33,613 bases of DNA from a virus: the IMG/VR virus record IMGVR_UViG_3300011008_000181. The stretch is one strand, 5' to 3'. A program made the position numbers and the translations under genes. The notes beneath the pieces are model-generated. The model was not told the DNA's origin. It did not search any database and saw nothing but the letters and a program-made list of their open reading frames with translations. Shown piece after piece: positions 22,581 through 30,362 of the stretch (position 1 is the first letter of the stretch; each line of letters opens with the position of its first letter).

Positions 22581-24296
22581 TTACACCTTATAAATAAAAC
22601 GCGCTTCAAGACCGTTTTTAAAGAGGATCGCGGACACACGCCCGCCTTTTATTTCTATCTTTTCGACAATCATATTTGCAAACTTCTTCAAAGTTTCATT
22701 CCCGACAGTTCCGGCAAAATCGGGGTAGTTTATTTCTTCGCCCGATTGGATCTTATACGACAAAAGAAATTCGCCTGCAGATTGCACGAAAGAAAGTTCC
22801 GACACATTCACAAACGCCGCGTCTTGCGCGTCGGCTATTTCGTTATTTATGCGCGTAAGTTCTTCTTCAAGTTCCGCCCGTGTGGATAAGTATTCGCGTT
22901 CGTCCATTGCGTCGTCGTCGAAAAGATACGCTTTCTTTAATCGTTCCAATGCGCGGGAGATCTTCGCGGCTTCCTTGCGTTTTGTTTCAATAGATCCGGT
23001 CTTCTTATTGTCCGGCAGCGGGGCGGGGATATAAGAAGCGGACGCAGACACCCCGCGCAGGGCGTCGAATATTTGGCGAAGTGATCCGCTATCCATTTGT
23101 AAAACGTCCTTGAACGCTTCGCCGGATAAAAGCCGCCTTTCGAGATCTTCCGATCCGGCGTCTATGATTGCTTTTCTTTTCTTTGTTGCGCCTACAAGGT
23201 TAGAAACGAAGTTGAAGAAGAACGCCCCGACAATAATATCGCTTGTATTTGCAGCAGAACACGCCCGTTTTTGCGTCAAAGTGTAACAACGGTAATATGT
23301 AGGTTGAAAACCGTTCTTTCGCATTTTATCCGCCCCGCGGGATTGAAAGAACGCCCCGCAATCGCAGCAGACCAAAAGACCCGCGAAGACGTGGGCGAAC
23401 TTCCTTTTATGCGTCGTCCCGTTCTTGTTCATAGCCTTATAGTTTGCCGCTATTTGTTCTTGTACTTTATCGAACGTTTCGCCGTCCACAATAGGCGGGA
23501 AGACGTCTTTAACGTAAACGACTTCTTCTTCCGGTTTCTTCTTCCCGCGTGCGCTATGGCGGTAGTTATACCGATAATCGCCGCGGTTTATAGGGTTGTG
23601 CAGAATATCGCCGACGGTTTTAGTAGTCCAAAGCCCGCCCCGCTTCGTTGGAATATCATTTGCGTTTAGATAGTCACGGATCGCGGCGGTTGTCTTTGTT
23701 TCAAGATACATATTATACATAAGGCGAACGACGGCGGCTTCCGCCTCGTCGTGGATCGGCTTTTCGTTTTCTTCGTCCCACGCCCAACCGTAAGGAACGC
23801 GCGCCCCGTTCCATTTACATTCTTTCGCGCGTCCGATCATAACGCCCGTTACACGTTCCGAAGTAAGTTTCCTTTCAAGTTCCGCAAAAACAAGAATGAT
23901 TTTAAGGACGGCTTCGCCGATAGCGGAAGACGTGTCGAATTGTTCGTTTAGAGATATAAACGTCGTCCGGTTGTCTTTAAAATCGTCGTACATTTGGGAG
24001 AAATCAACAAGGTTTCGGGAAATACGGTCGATTTTGTAGACGACAACCCGCGCAACCTTGCCCGACTTAACCTTTTTCATCATACGTTGAAACGCGGGGC
24101 GATCCGTATTTTTACCGGACTTCCCCGCGTCTTCGTAGACTTCGAGTTCGTCCGGCGATAAATGCAGGACGTGGACGCAATAATTTTTAAGTTCTTTCTT
24201 TTGGAATGGTAAAGAGTCTTTGTCTATTTGGTAGCCCGTAGAAACACGGACATATAAAGCCGTGATCCGGCTATCTTTCCCGCCTTTTTCGTTCAT
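22581..24296 (-). CDS. int: Large serine recombinase (phage integrase)
   Basis: 571 aa. N-terminal resolvase domain 'ALYVRVSTGYQ' (catalytic Ser) and 'YKIDRISRN', recombinase domain, zinc ribbon 'CCDCG...YYRC', and a C-terminal coiled coil. Confidence 0.92.
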   Translation of the reverse strand: MNEKGGKDSRITALYVRVSTGYQIDKDSLPFQKKELKNYCVHVLHLSPDELEVYEDAGKSGKNTDRPAFQRMMKKVKSGKVARVVVYKIDRISRNLVDFSQMYDDFKDNRTTFISLNEQFDTSSAIGEAVLKIILVFAELERKLTSERVTGVMIGRAKECKWNGARVPYGWAWDEENEKPIHDEAEAAVVRLMYNMYLETKTTAAIRDYLNANDIPTKRGGLWTTKTVGDILHNPINRGDYRYNYRHSARGKKKPEEEVVYVKDVFPPIVDGETFDKVQEQIAANYKAMNKNGTTHKRKFAHVFAGLLVCCDCGAFFQSRGADKMRKNGFQPTYYRCYTLTQKRACSAANTSDIIVGAFFFNFVSNLVGATKKRKAIIDAGSEDLERRLLSGEAFKDVLQMDSGSLRQIFDALRGVSASASYIPAPLPDNKKTGSIETKRKEAAKISRALERLKKAYLFDDDAMDEREYLSTRAELEEELTRINNEIADAQDAAFVNVSELSFVQSAGEFLLSYKIQSGEEINYPDFAGTVGNETLKKFANMIVEKIEIKGGRVSAILFKNGLEARFIYKV

Positions 24297-24312
24297 AGTG
24301 GTTTATTCCTTT

Positions 24313-24744
24313 CTATACTTCCTTACGCTTGCGTAGACCGAAATAAAGGCAGGCGCAGCCGATAGCAACACCGACAAGCCCGCCGACATTCCCGCCAAGA
24401 ACCGCACCGCCGCCAACAAACAACGCGAAGATCCCGAAACCGATTAAAAGACCGCCTTTCTTCTTTGAGTGATCGGCAGCAGGGGCGGACGTATCAAAAG
24501 AAGATCCGACGTCCGATCCGGCAGCAGGCGCAGAACCGGACACGCCACGCAACGTATCGCCGACGCCGAACGTCGTTTTGTGGTATATGGAATTTTTGAC
24601 AGATTTTGCGGGATCTTTCACGAAGCCCGCGCCCTTTTTGCCGTAAACCGGATTGACCGACTTTTTGACCGCGCGGGTTACTTTGCCCGTCGTCCTTGCT
24701 TTTATAGACTTCTTAATGTTTGGTTTGCGCATACCGACTTTCAT
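24313..24744 (-). CDS. Membrane-anchored protein in the lysogeny operon (basic N-terminus, Gly-rich C-terminal TM)
   Basis: 143 aa. 'GLLIGFGIFALFVGGGAVLGGNVGGLVGVAIGCACLYF' is hydrophobic. Overlaps the repressor stop by 4 nt. Confidence 0.55.
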   Translation of the reverse strand: MKVGMRKPNIKKSIKARTTGKVTRAVKKSVNPVYGKKGAGFVKDPAKSVKNSIYHKTTFGVGDTLRGVSGSAPAAGSDVGSSFDTSAPAADHSKKKGGLLIGFGIFALFVGGGAVLGGNVGGLVGVAIGCACLYFGLRKRKEV

Positions 24745-25202
24745 ATCGCACCGCCTTTCTTAAAGTTCACATAATATATATTATCGACGCGGAAACAAGT
24801 TACCCCCGCGTTTCGTCCGATAGATCCGTCTTTTTCTTCGCCCGAAAGTTCGGGCAATCCAAGCGAACGCAAAACAAAATTCTTTTCGCCCGCAGGAAGC
24901 GACCGGAAGCGGGTAACAATATCTTTTTCAAGTGGGGATATTTCAAAAGTTGCAGCAGGCGCGGCAGATCCGCCGATCAATTCGTCGGGGGTTACGCCGT
25001 ACAATTCCGAGATTTGAAGAATAACGGACAAAGGGACTTTACGCGTTCCGCTTTCATATCCGCTATATGTACTTTGCGGCATATCTAAACGCGCCGCCGC
25101 TTCGCTTTGGGAAAGCCCCGCCGCCGTTCTTGCGCGTGCTACGTTCCGCCCGAAACGTTCATATATAGAACCGTGGGTCGGTTGATTTTGAGTCTTTGAC
25201 AT
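24741..25202 (-). CDS. XRE-family HTH repressor (CI-like)
   Basis: HTH 'LSQSEAAARLDMPQSTYSGYESG'. Divergent from a cro-like gene across an operator-rich 187-nt region. First gene of the repressor/membrane protein/int operon. Confidence 0.8.
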   Translation of the reverse strand: MSKTQNQPTHGSIYERFGRNVARARTAAGLSQSEAAARLDMPQSTYSGYESGTRKVPLSVILQISELYGVTPDELIGGSAAPAATFEISPLEKDIVTRFRSLPAGEKNFVLRSLGLPELSGEEKDGSIGRNAGVTCFRVDNIYYVNFKKGGAI

Positions 25203-25240
25203 ATCTTAACCGCCTTTCTTTATACCGCCTTACGCCTTGA

Positions 25241-25269
25241 ATTATAAACGCATTTTTGCGGTTTGTCTA
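25241..25269 (-). promoter_or_regulatory. Leftward (lysogenic) promoter TAGACA-17-TATAAT
   Basis: Read as reverse complements, 25264-25269 is the -35 hexamer and 25241-25246 the -10. It overlaps a degenerate operator copy TAAACGCATTTTTGCGGTTT. Confidence 0.5.
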
Positions 25270-25310
25270 TAAAATAAACGCAAATTGTGAAAATAAATAT
25301 TGAAATATGC

Positions 25311-25339
25311 TTGACAAAAACGCAAAACGCGTTTAGTAT
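25311..25339 (+). promoter_or_regulatory. Rightward (lytic) promoter TTGACA-17-TAGTAT
   Basis: Hexamers at 25311-25316 and 25334-25339. The spacer is occupied by operator copy 25317-25335. Confidence 0.65.
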
Positions 25340-25367
25340 CATAAAGTGTAAACGCAAAACGCGTTTA
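25317..25367. promoter_or_regulatory. Two operator palindromes (T/A)AAACGC-N5-GCGTTTA
   Basis: AAAACGCAAAACGCGTTTA at 25317-25335 and TAAACGCAAAACGCGTTTA at 25349-25367. Half or degenerate sites lie at 25245-25264 and 25275-25281. Confidence 0.7.
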
Positions 25368-25389
25368 AGATAGAAAGGAGATAGCGGCA

Positions 25390-25617
25390 ATGAAGAAACT
25401 TATTGTTATTTACCCGAAACTTGAAGCAAAACGGGCATACCACGGCGAAACCGCGCACGATATAGCCGTCTTATTAGGGGTAAGCGACGATAGCGCGCGT
25501 CGCAGACTTCGCGGCGAAGTGGAGTTTGATTTGTCGGACATTGAAAAACTAATGAACCACTACGAAAGCACGTTTGAAGAACTTTTCGGACGCGATAACG
25601 CGGCGGTAGCAAAATAA
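25390..25617 (+). CDS. Cro-like HTH regulator
   Basis: 75 aa with 'ETAHDIAVLLGVSDDSARRRLRGE'. First gene of the rightward operon. Confidence 0.65.
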   Translation: MKKLIVIYPKLEAKRAYHGETAHDIAVLLGVSDDSARRRLRGEVEFDLSDIEKLMNHYESTFEELFGRDNAAVAK

Positions 25618-25644
25618 AACGATCAAAGAAAGGAATAAACCACA

Positions 25645-26079
25645 ATGAACAACGAAGTAATGTTTAGTAGCAAGTCGGATCAATGGGCGACACCGCAAGA
25701 CTTCTTCGACAAACTTAACGAAGAATTTTGTTTTACCCTTGATCCTTGCGCGACAGACGAAAACCACAAAGTCGAAAACTATTTCACGGCAGACGACAAC
25801 GGACTTTTGCAGAATTGGGGGGGGCAGCGCGTGTTTTGCAACCCGCCTTATAGCAAAATTGGGGATTGGGTTAAAAAGTGTTACGAAGAAGCGATCAAGC
25901 CCGAAACACTTGTTGTTATGTTGATCCCCGCAAGAACTGACACAAGATATTTTCACGACTATATTATCCACCGAAGCGAAGTTCGCTTCGTAAAAGGTCG
26001 CTTGAAGTTTGGAGATAGCAAGAACGCCGCGCCGTTCCCGTCAATGGTAGTAATTTTTAGGGCGGCAGGCGTGCAATAA
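25645..26079 (+). CDS. dam: Phage DNA N6-adenine methyltransferase (small Dam family)
   Basis: 144 aa with 'FTLDPCA', 'FCNPPYS' (the NPPY catalytic motif), 'LIPARTDTRYFH', 'FVKGRLKF' and 'PFPSMVVIF'. Confidence 0.9.
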   Translation: MNNEVMFSSKSDQWATPQDFFDKLNEEFCFTLDPCATDENHKVENYFTADDNGLLQNWGGQRVFCNPPYSKIGDWVKKCYEEAIKPETLVVMLIPARTDTRYFHDYIIHRSEVRFVKGRLKFGDSKNAAPFPSMVVIFRAAGVQ

Positions 26080-26102
26080 AAAGAAAGTGAGGTTATGAAG
26101 TT

Positions 26103-26699
26103 ATGGGACTTATGGACGCATTTAACCCCGAAGCAACGACAGAACTTAAAGTCGGGGAATTATACAAAATGTTGCGGCAGGCAGCAGAAAACGAAACAAC
26201 CGCAAAGTTTCTTATGAACGGAGTAAAAAACGAAGTTCCTTATAGATTTATAAGGGAAGTTGTTACCGGAGAAAAGGAAGACGACGAGAAAGACCCGATC
26301 ACAATTTCCATTGACAAGGAAACGGCGGGACATATAGCCGGAATGTTTGGCGATATGTTGGGCGCACACATTGAAGCAATTAAAGATCCTTGCGAGGGTT
26401 GCGACCACTTCGACGAGTGCCACCCAAGCGACGACGAAGACGAAGAACCGGAAGAAGACGGCGAAGCGGCAGCAGGCGAAGACGACTTCGACCCGTTACC
26501 GTTCCCCGAAGTTTGCAAAACAAAGGAAGAAAACGACCGCTACCACGAATTAGCGAAGCAGACAAAAACAGATCTTGAACATATCGCGCACGATTTAGGT
26601 ATCAACAACGCGTGCTACCTTTCAAAAGAAAAGATCCTTGATCTTATTATCGAATACGAGCGCAAGGCAGCAGGCGAAGACAAAGGGGGCGACAAATAA
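26103..26699 (+). CDS. Strongly acidic early protein with a Cys cluster and a HeH-like C-terminus
   Basis: 198 aa with 'CEGCDHFDECHPSDDEDEEPEEDGE' and 'DLEHIAHDLGINNACYLSKEKILDLI'. Confidence 0.5.
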   Translation: MGLMDAFNPEATTELKVGELYKMLRQAAENETTAKFLMNGVKNEVPYRFIREVVTGEKEDDEKDPITISIDKETAGHIAGMFGDMLGAHIEAIKDPCEGCDHFDECHPSDDEDEEPEEDGEAAAGEDDFDPLPFPEVCKTKEENDRYHELAKQTKTDLEHIAHDLGINNACYLSKEKILDLIIEYERKAAGEDKGGDK

Positions 26700-26926
26700 T
26701 GCAAAAGATACCGTACACATTCAATTTGTTATTACCGACGCTTTCCCCCGCTGCCAACCTTGCAATTTACGAAGACTTACGCAGCGGACAAAATCAGATC
26801 TTCAAGGGTAAGGCGATAAAAGCCCGCGACCTTGCGGACGTGGCAACCCGCGAAGTAAAACATATCGGCGTTAATGAGGTAAACAACACCGGAAGTGAAA
26901 CAATAATCGAAGTGTTTGTCTATTAA
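26699..26926 (+). CDS. Hypothetical early protein
   Basis: 75 aa. The ATG overlaps the upstream stop (TAATG). Confidence 0.45.
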   Translation: MQKIPYTFNLLLPTLSPAANLAIYEDLRSGQNQIFKGKAIKARDLADVATREVKHIGVNEVNNTGSETIIEVFVY

Positions 26927-26938
26927 GAGGGCTTGCAA

Positions 26939-27292
26939 ATGGTAAAGGTTAAAGACTTATTGAAAATCTTACAAGGCGGTAGTCCTACCGTTAGGATCAT
27001 AGACGCAAACGTCCCACAGGAAAACAACCGCGACAACGCGGGCGTTATGGCTTGCGAGTATTTAGACTGGTTCGCACTTAATAAGAACTATTGGCGACCG
27101 TTCGAGGATTGCGAAGTCGTCCGCTTCAAAGTGACGCACGAAGTATCACATAAGCAATACAAAGAAAAAGGATTGATCCCACCGTTTCGTCCCGACTTAA
27201 CCGCCGAATATGAGTTAGGCGACCTAAAACAAAAGACGTATTACGACATTTATATCGACGGATCAACCGCGGGGGACGATTGGAAGAAATGA
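26939..27292 (+). CDS. Hypothetical early protein
   Basis: ATG at 26939, 7 nt after AGAGGG, is favoured over the TTG at 26933. Confidence 0.5.
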   Translation: MVKVKDLLKILQGGSPTVRIIDANVPQENNRDNAGVMACEYLDWFALNKNYWRPFEDCEVVRFKVTHEVSHKQYKEKGLIPPFRPDLTAEYELGDLKQKTYYDIYIDGSTAGDDWKK

Positions 27293-27531
27293 AAAAAGGG
27301 AAAAAGAAAACAAAACGGGAGTTTGTAGAAGTCGACGGAATGTTGGTTTTTGAGAAGCGGGCGTTTTTCAATGATTATTTAGAAACGCAGATCGGCGCAA
27401 ATTGGTTTTTAATAAAAAGATCCTTGTTTGACGCCGGATATACCGCGCAGGAAGCCAACGACTACCGCGACGGACTATTGGCAGACTTCCGCGAAATGTG
27501 CAGGGAACACGGCTTTATAGAAAGGGTTTAG
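27280..27531 (+). CDS. Hypothetical early protein
   Basis: 83 aa, in tight operon spacing. Confidence 0.45.
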   Translation: MEEMKKGKKKTKREFVEVDGMLVFEKRAFFNDYLETQIGANWFLIKRSLFDAGYTAQEANDYRDGLLADFREMCREHGFIERV

Positions 27532-27534
27532 GGT

Positions 27535-27900
27535 ATGGAAGACATAAAGGAAGAATGGTTTTATAGACCGATCCCGCCGTTTGAAGACTTCTTCGAGAAG
27601 ATCGAAAAGGCGTTAGGCTTCAAATTGTTTATATGGCAAAAGACCTTTATTATAAACGGTTACTTCCGGCAATACGGGGAAACAACCGCGAAGATCATAA
27701 AGCGACTTACGGTTGATAATATCCCGATTGATCTTACACAAAGACCAAGAACGGCGCGCGAGAAGATAGAAAACGACGATCTTGTCGAGATCTACAAGAA
27801 ATTGCAGGCGGCAGGCGTGCCAACTTGTCCGGTCTTCCTAACAAAGAAAGACAAAGAAAATTATTTCATCAAGCAGAGAGCAACCGGAAAGGGGTTATAA
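27535..27900 (+). CDS. Hypothetical early protein
   Basis: 121 aa, in tight operon spacing. Confidence 0.5.
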   Translation: MEDIKEEWFYRPIPPFEDFFEKIEKALGFKLFIWQKTFIINGYFRQYGETTAKIIKRLTVDNIPIDLTQRPRTAREKIENDDLVEIYKKLQAAGVPTCPVFLTKKDKENYFIKQRATGKGL

Positions 27901-27901
27901 A

Positions 27902-28276
27902 ATGGCGGACGTAATAAGAAACGAAGTAATAAGACTTGCCGACGTAGAGTTGGAAAGCGCGCTTGAAAAGTTCGGGCTTAACAATAGCAATCACGAGTCT
28001 TTCGCCGTTCTTCGCGAGGAAATCGACGAAGCACGCGCGGAACTTGAAACAATGGAATATCTTTCGGGGCGCATTTGGGATCTTACCAAACAGAACGCGC
28101 AGCCGGAAACATTACGCGAGGTTTACACAAATTTTTATAACACCGCGATCAACCTTGCCGTTGAAGCGGCGCAATGCGCAGCAATGGCGCGTAAGGGGAT
28201 CTTATCAAATATTGAGATCTACAAGGAAGACAACAGACAAAACGCCCTTGCGGCAGCAAAGGGCGGGGAAGTATGA
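27902..28276 (+). CDS. Hypothetical all-alpha protein (possibly MazG-like NTP pyrophosphohydrolase)
   Basis: 'HESFAVLREEIDEARAEL' resembles the MazG-type E-x-x-E helix. This is a weak call from memory only. Confidence 0.3.
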   Translation: MADVIRNEVIRLADVELESALEKFGLNNSNHESFAVLREEIDEARAELETMEYLSGRIWDLTKQNAQPETLREVYTNFYNTAINLAVEAAQCAAMARKGILSNIEIYKEDNRQNALAAAKGGEV

Positions 28277-28467
28277 CCGCGGCAGCGGGAAGCGTAACCC
28301 AAAAAACACGGCTTGAAGCAGAACTTAAAAAGTTAGGCATAACAAGCGAAGCAGACTTGCGCGAAGCAATCCACAAATTGCCCGCGCTTCCGATCGGCAT
28401 AATGACCGACCCGATCAAGCATAAATCGAGAAAGGGGGCGGGCATTTATGGATATGGCAGGAAATAA
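28273..28467 (+). CDS. Hypothetical early protein
   Basis: 64 aa, with a 4-nt overlap with the upstream gene. Confidence 0.4.
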   Translation: MTAAAGSVTQKTRLEAELKKLGITSEADLREAIHKLPALPIGIMTDPIKHKSRKGAGIYGYGRK

Positions 28468-28696
28468 GATCTATGCGGTTGACTTTGACGGGAACGAGAA
28501 CTTACCGGAACTTATAGCCGCTTACGGCGGAGATACAAGAAAGATCAACGCAGACCACTATATCGACGACAAAAATTGCATATTCCCGACCGTTCCGTTT
28601 GGGATATGGAAGCCGGACGAAGAAGCACCGGACGAAAGCGCAGGCGCACCCGCCGGACAATACGCGGATCAACCTACCTTAAATTACGGGGCATAA
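28448..28696 (+). CDS. Hypothetical early protein
   Basis: 82 aa. RBS AAGGGGGCGGG. Confidence 0.45.
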   Translation: MDMAGNKIYAVDFDGNENLPELIAAYGGDTRKINADHYIDDKNCIFPTVPFGIWKPDEEAPDESAGAPAGQYADQPTLNYGA

Positions 28697-28723
28697 ATAA
28701 ACCACAAAGGGAGTTAAGAAGAT

Positions 28724-28990
28724 ATGTATAAATCAAGTTGGAATTTAAGAAATTTCAAAAAGGGGCTTCGCTTCGTTGAGAATATAGCGAAACGAGGAAG
28801 CGTCCGCGACGTGGACTATGCGACGGGTTACGCGATCGCGTCCGTTAAGGATATGAAAAACCACGGCAGGATCACACGCGCGCAGCAAAAAGCCCTTGAA
28901 GATCTTATTTACGAAACCGCAGACGCAACGATCGACGAGATCAACCACGACGCGGACGAAGTAGAGGGAATACACATTCTTTCAGATTAA
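28724..28990 (+). CDS. Hypothetical early protein
   Basis: 88 aa. RBS AAGGGAG. Confidence 0.5.
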   Translation: MYKSSWNLRNFKKGLRFVENIAKRGSVRDVDYATGYAIASVKDMKNHGRITRAQQKALEDLIYETADATIDEINHDADEVEGIHILSD

Positions 28991-28994
28991 ACAA

Positions 28995-29040
28995 AAGAAG
29001 ACCCGACGCAAGGCGGGAAACCAAAACGTCGGGTCTTCTT
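28995..29040 (+). terminator. Perfect 14-bp inverted repeat hairpin (18-nt loop)
   Basis: AAGAAGACCCGACG (28995-29008) pairs with CGTCGGGTCTTCTT (29027-29040). Begins 5 nt after a stop codon. Confidence 0.55.
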
Positions 29041-29087
29041 GAATAAACCACGGCTATATTTTAGCAGAAAGGCGGGAAACTTTCAAT

Positions 29088-29408
29088 ATGGCGGTAAAAG
29101 AAAGGATACAAGAACAAGTAAGAATATATACGGAATACGACGCGCAGCGCAGGGCGGAAGAAATCGCCGGATCTATGCTTGCGAACGCCGTTTCCAAGTT
29201 GGAAGAACTTACGCAAAACACGGTCGCACTTATGAAGTCGAACGACTTGTTAAGAAAACAACTTGCAGATCAACGCGAAGCAACAAAGCGTTATTTGATA
29301 GCGGCGATCTATTACGACGAAACATATACCCGCTTGCCGGAAGATATGAAGAAAAAGTTTATTGAGATAGGGAAAGGGGTAATAAAAGACTATGACTTGC
29401 CCGTTTAA
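29088..29408 (+). CDS. Hypothetical coiled-coil protein
   Basis: 106 aa with RBS GAAAGGCGGGA. The overlapping Arg-rich ORF 29039..29365 is rejected. Confidence 0.5.
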   Translation: MAVKERIQEQVRIYTEYDAQRRAEEIAGSMLANAVSKLEELTQNTVALMKSNDLLRKQLADQREATKRYLIAAIYYDETYTRLPEDMKKKFIEIGKGVIKDYDLPV

Positions 29409-30165
29409 TAGACAATCAAGAAATCTAAAAGCATACCGGAAGAAGTTAAAAAGGGGCAAACGTCCGAAAAGATATAGCGTTCGGCTATATTCTACGGGCG
29501 CCTTTGCCGTACTTATCGTCGTTACCGTGTTTCTTTTCTTCCTTATATATGAAGTAATTACGGCGGATCTTGTAGAAGACGCTTACGGCGCGCCGCTATA
29601 TGAGAAGATCCCACAGGAAGAAACGCAGGAAGTAACCGTTACGCCCGAAGATCTAAACGCAGCGGGCGAAGATCCGGTCACATTGCAGCAGGAAGAAACG
29701 ATCGCGCCAAAAGAACCCGCTTTCGTTCTTCTTCCGGTAGCAATGAGCGAAGAAGACCAAAGGATCGTTTTTGACATAGCGACAAAGAACAATATTTCTT
29801 ATTGCTTCGTTATGGCGATCATAGGACACGAAACCGAGTACACAAAAGACGCGAGATCTTCAACCGGAGATAGCGGCTATATGCAAATAAACGATTGCAA
29901 TTTAGAAGATTTGGCGGATCACGGCTTCGTAGATATGTACGACACCGCGGACAACGTCGGCGGGGGTTGCTACATATTAAGAAAACTATTTGACACTTAC
30001 GGCGACGACGAAGTCCATAAAGTTTTAATGGCTTACAATATGGGCGGCGGCCGCGCCGCCGAACTTTGGGCGCAGGGGATCACATCTTCGGAGTATTCCC
30101 GCGACATAGTAAAGCGCGAAAAGGAATTGTCGCGATATATAGACGACGTTTTAATGAATGAGTAA
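29392..30165 (+). CDS. Membrane-anchored lytic transglycosylase (SLT/GH23 domain)
   Basis: N-terminal TM 'FAVLIVVTVFLFFLIY'. SLT motifs 'AIIGHETEY' (catalytic Glu), 'GYMQIN' and 'LMAYNMGGG'. Confidence 0.8.
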   Translation: MTCPFNRQSRNLKAYRKKLKRGKRPKRYSVRLYSTGAFAVLIVVTVFLFFLIYEVITADLVEDAYGAPLYEKIPQEETQEVTVTPEDLNAAGEDPVTLQQEETIAPKEPAFVLLPVAMSEEDQRIVFDIATKNNISYCFVMAIIGHETEYTKDARSSTGDSGYMQINDCNLEDLADHGFVDMYDTADNVGGGCYILRKLFDTYGDDEVHKVLMAYNMGGGRAAELWAQGITSSEYSRDIVKREKELSRYIDDVLMNE

Positions 30166-30182
30166 GAAAGGCGGGACAATAA

Positions 30183-30350
30183 ATGAGATTACGAAAGAAA
30201 GATTTTGTCATATTTAAAGATTGGATAACTATATTACCAACTATTGAAATCAGAACGGACGACCCGCGCTATTTTCAAAAGACGGTAACGATTGCGTTTA
30301 GTTGGCTTATTTTTCACGCGAGATTATTTTTTATTGAAAAAGACAAATAG
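30183..30350 (+). CDS. Small hypothetical protein (55 aa), AT-rich, below the ORF-track cutoff
   Basis: Translates as MRLRKKDFVIFKDWITILPTIEIRTDDPRYFQKTVTIAFSWLIFHARLFFIEKDK. RBS AAAGGCGGGA. Confidence 0.35.
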   Translation: MRLRKKDFVIFKDWITILPTIEIRTDDPRYFQKTVTIAFSWLIFHARLFFIEKDK

Positions 30351-30362
30351 AGAGGGGCAGCA

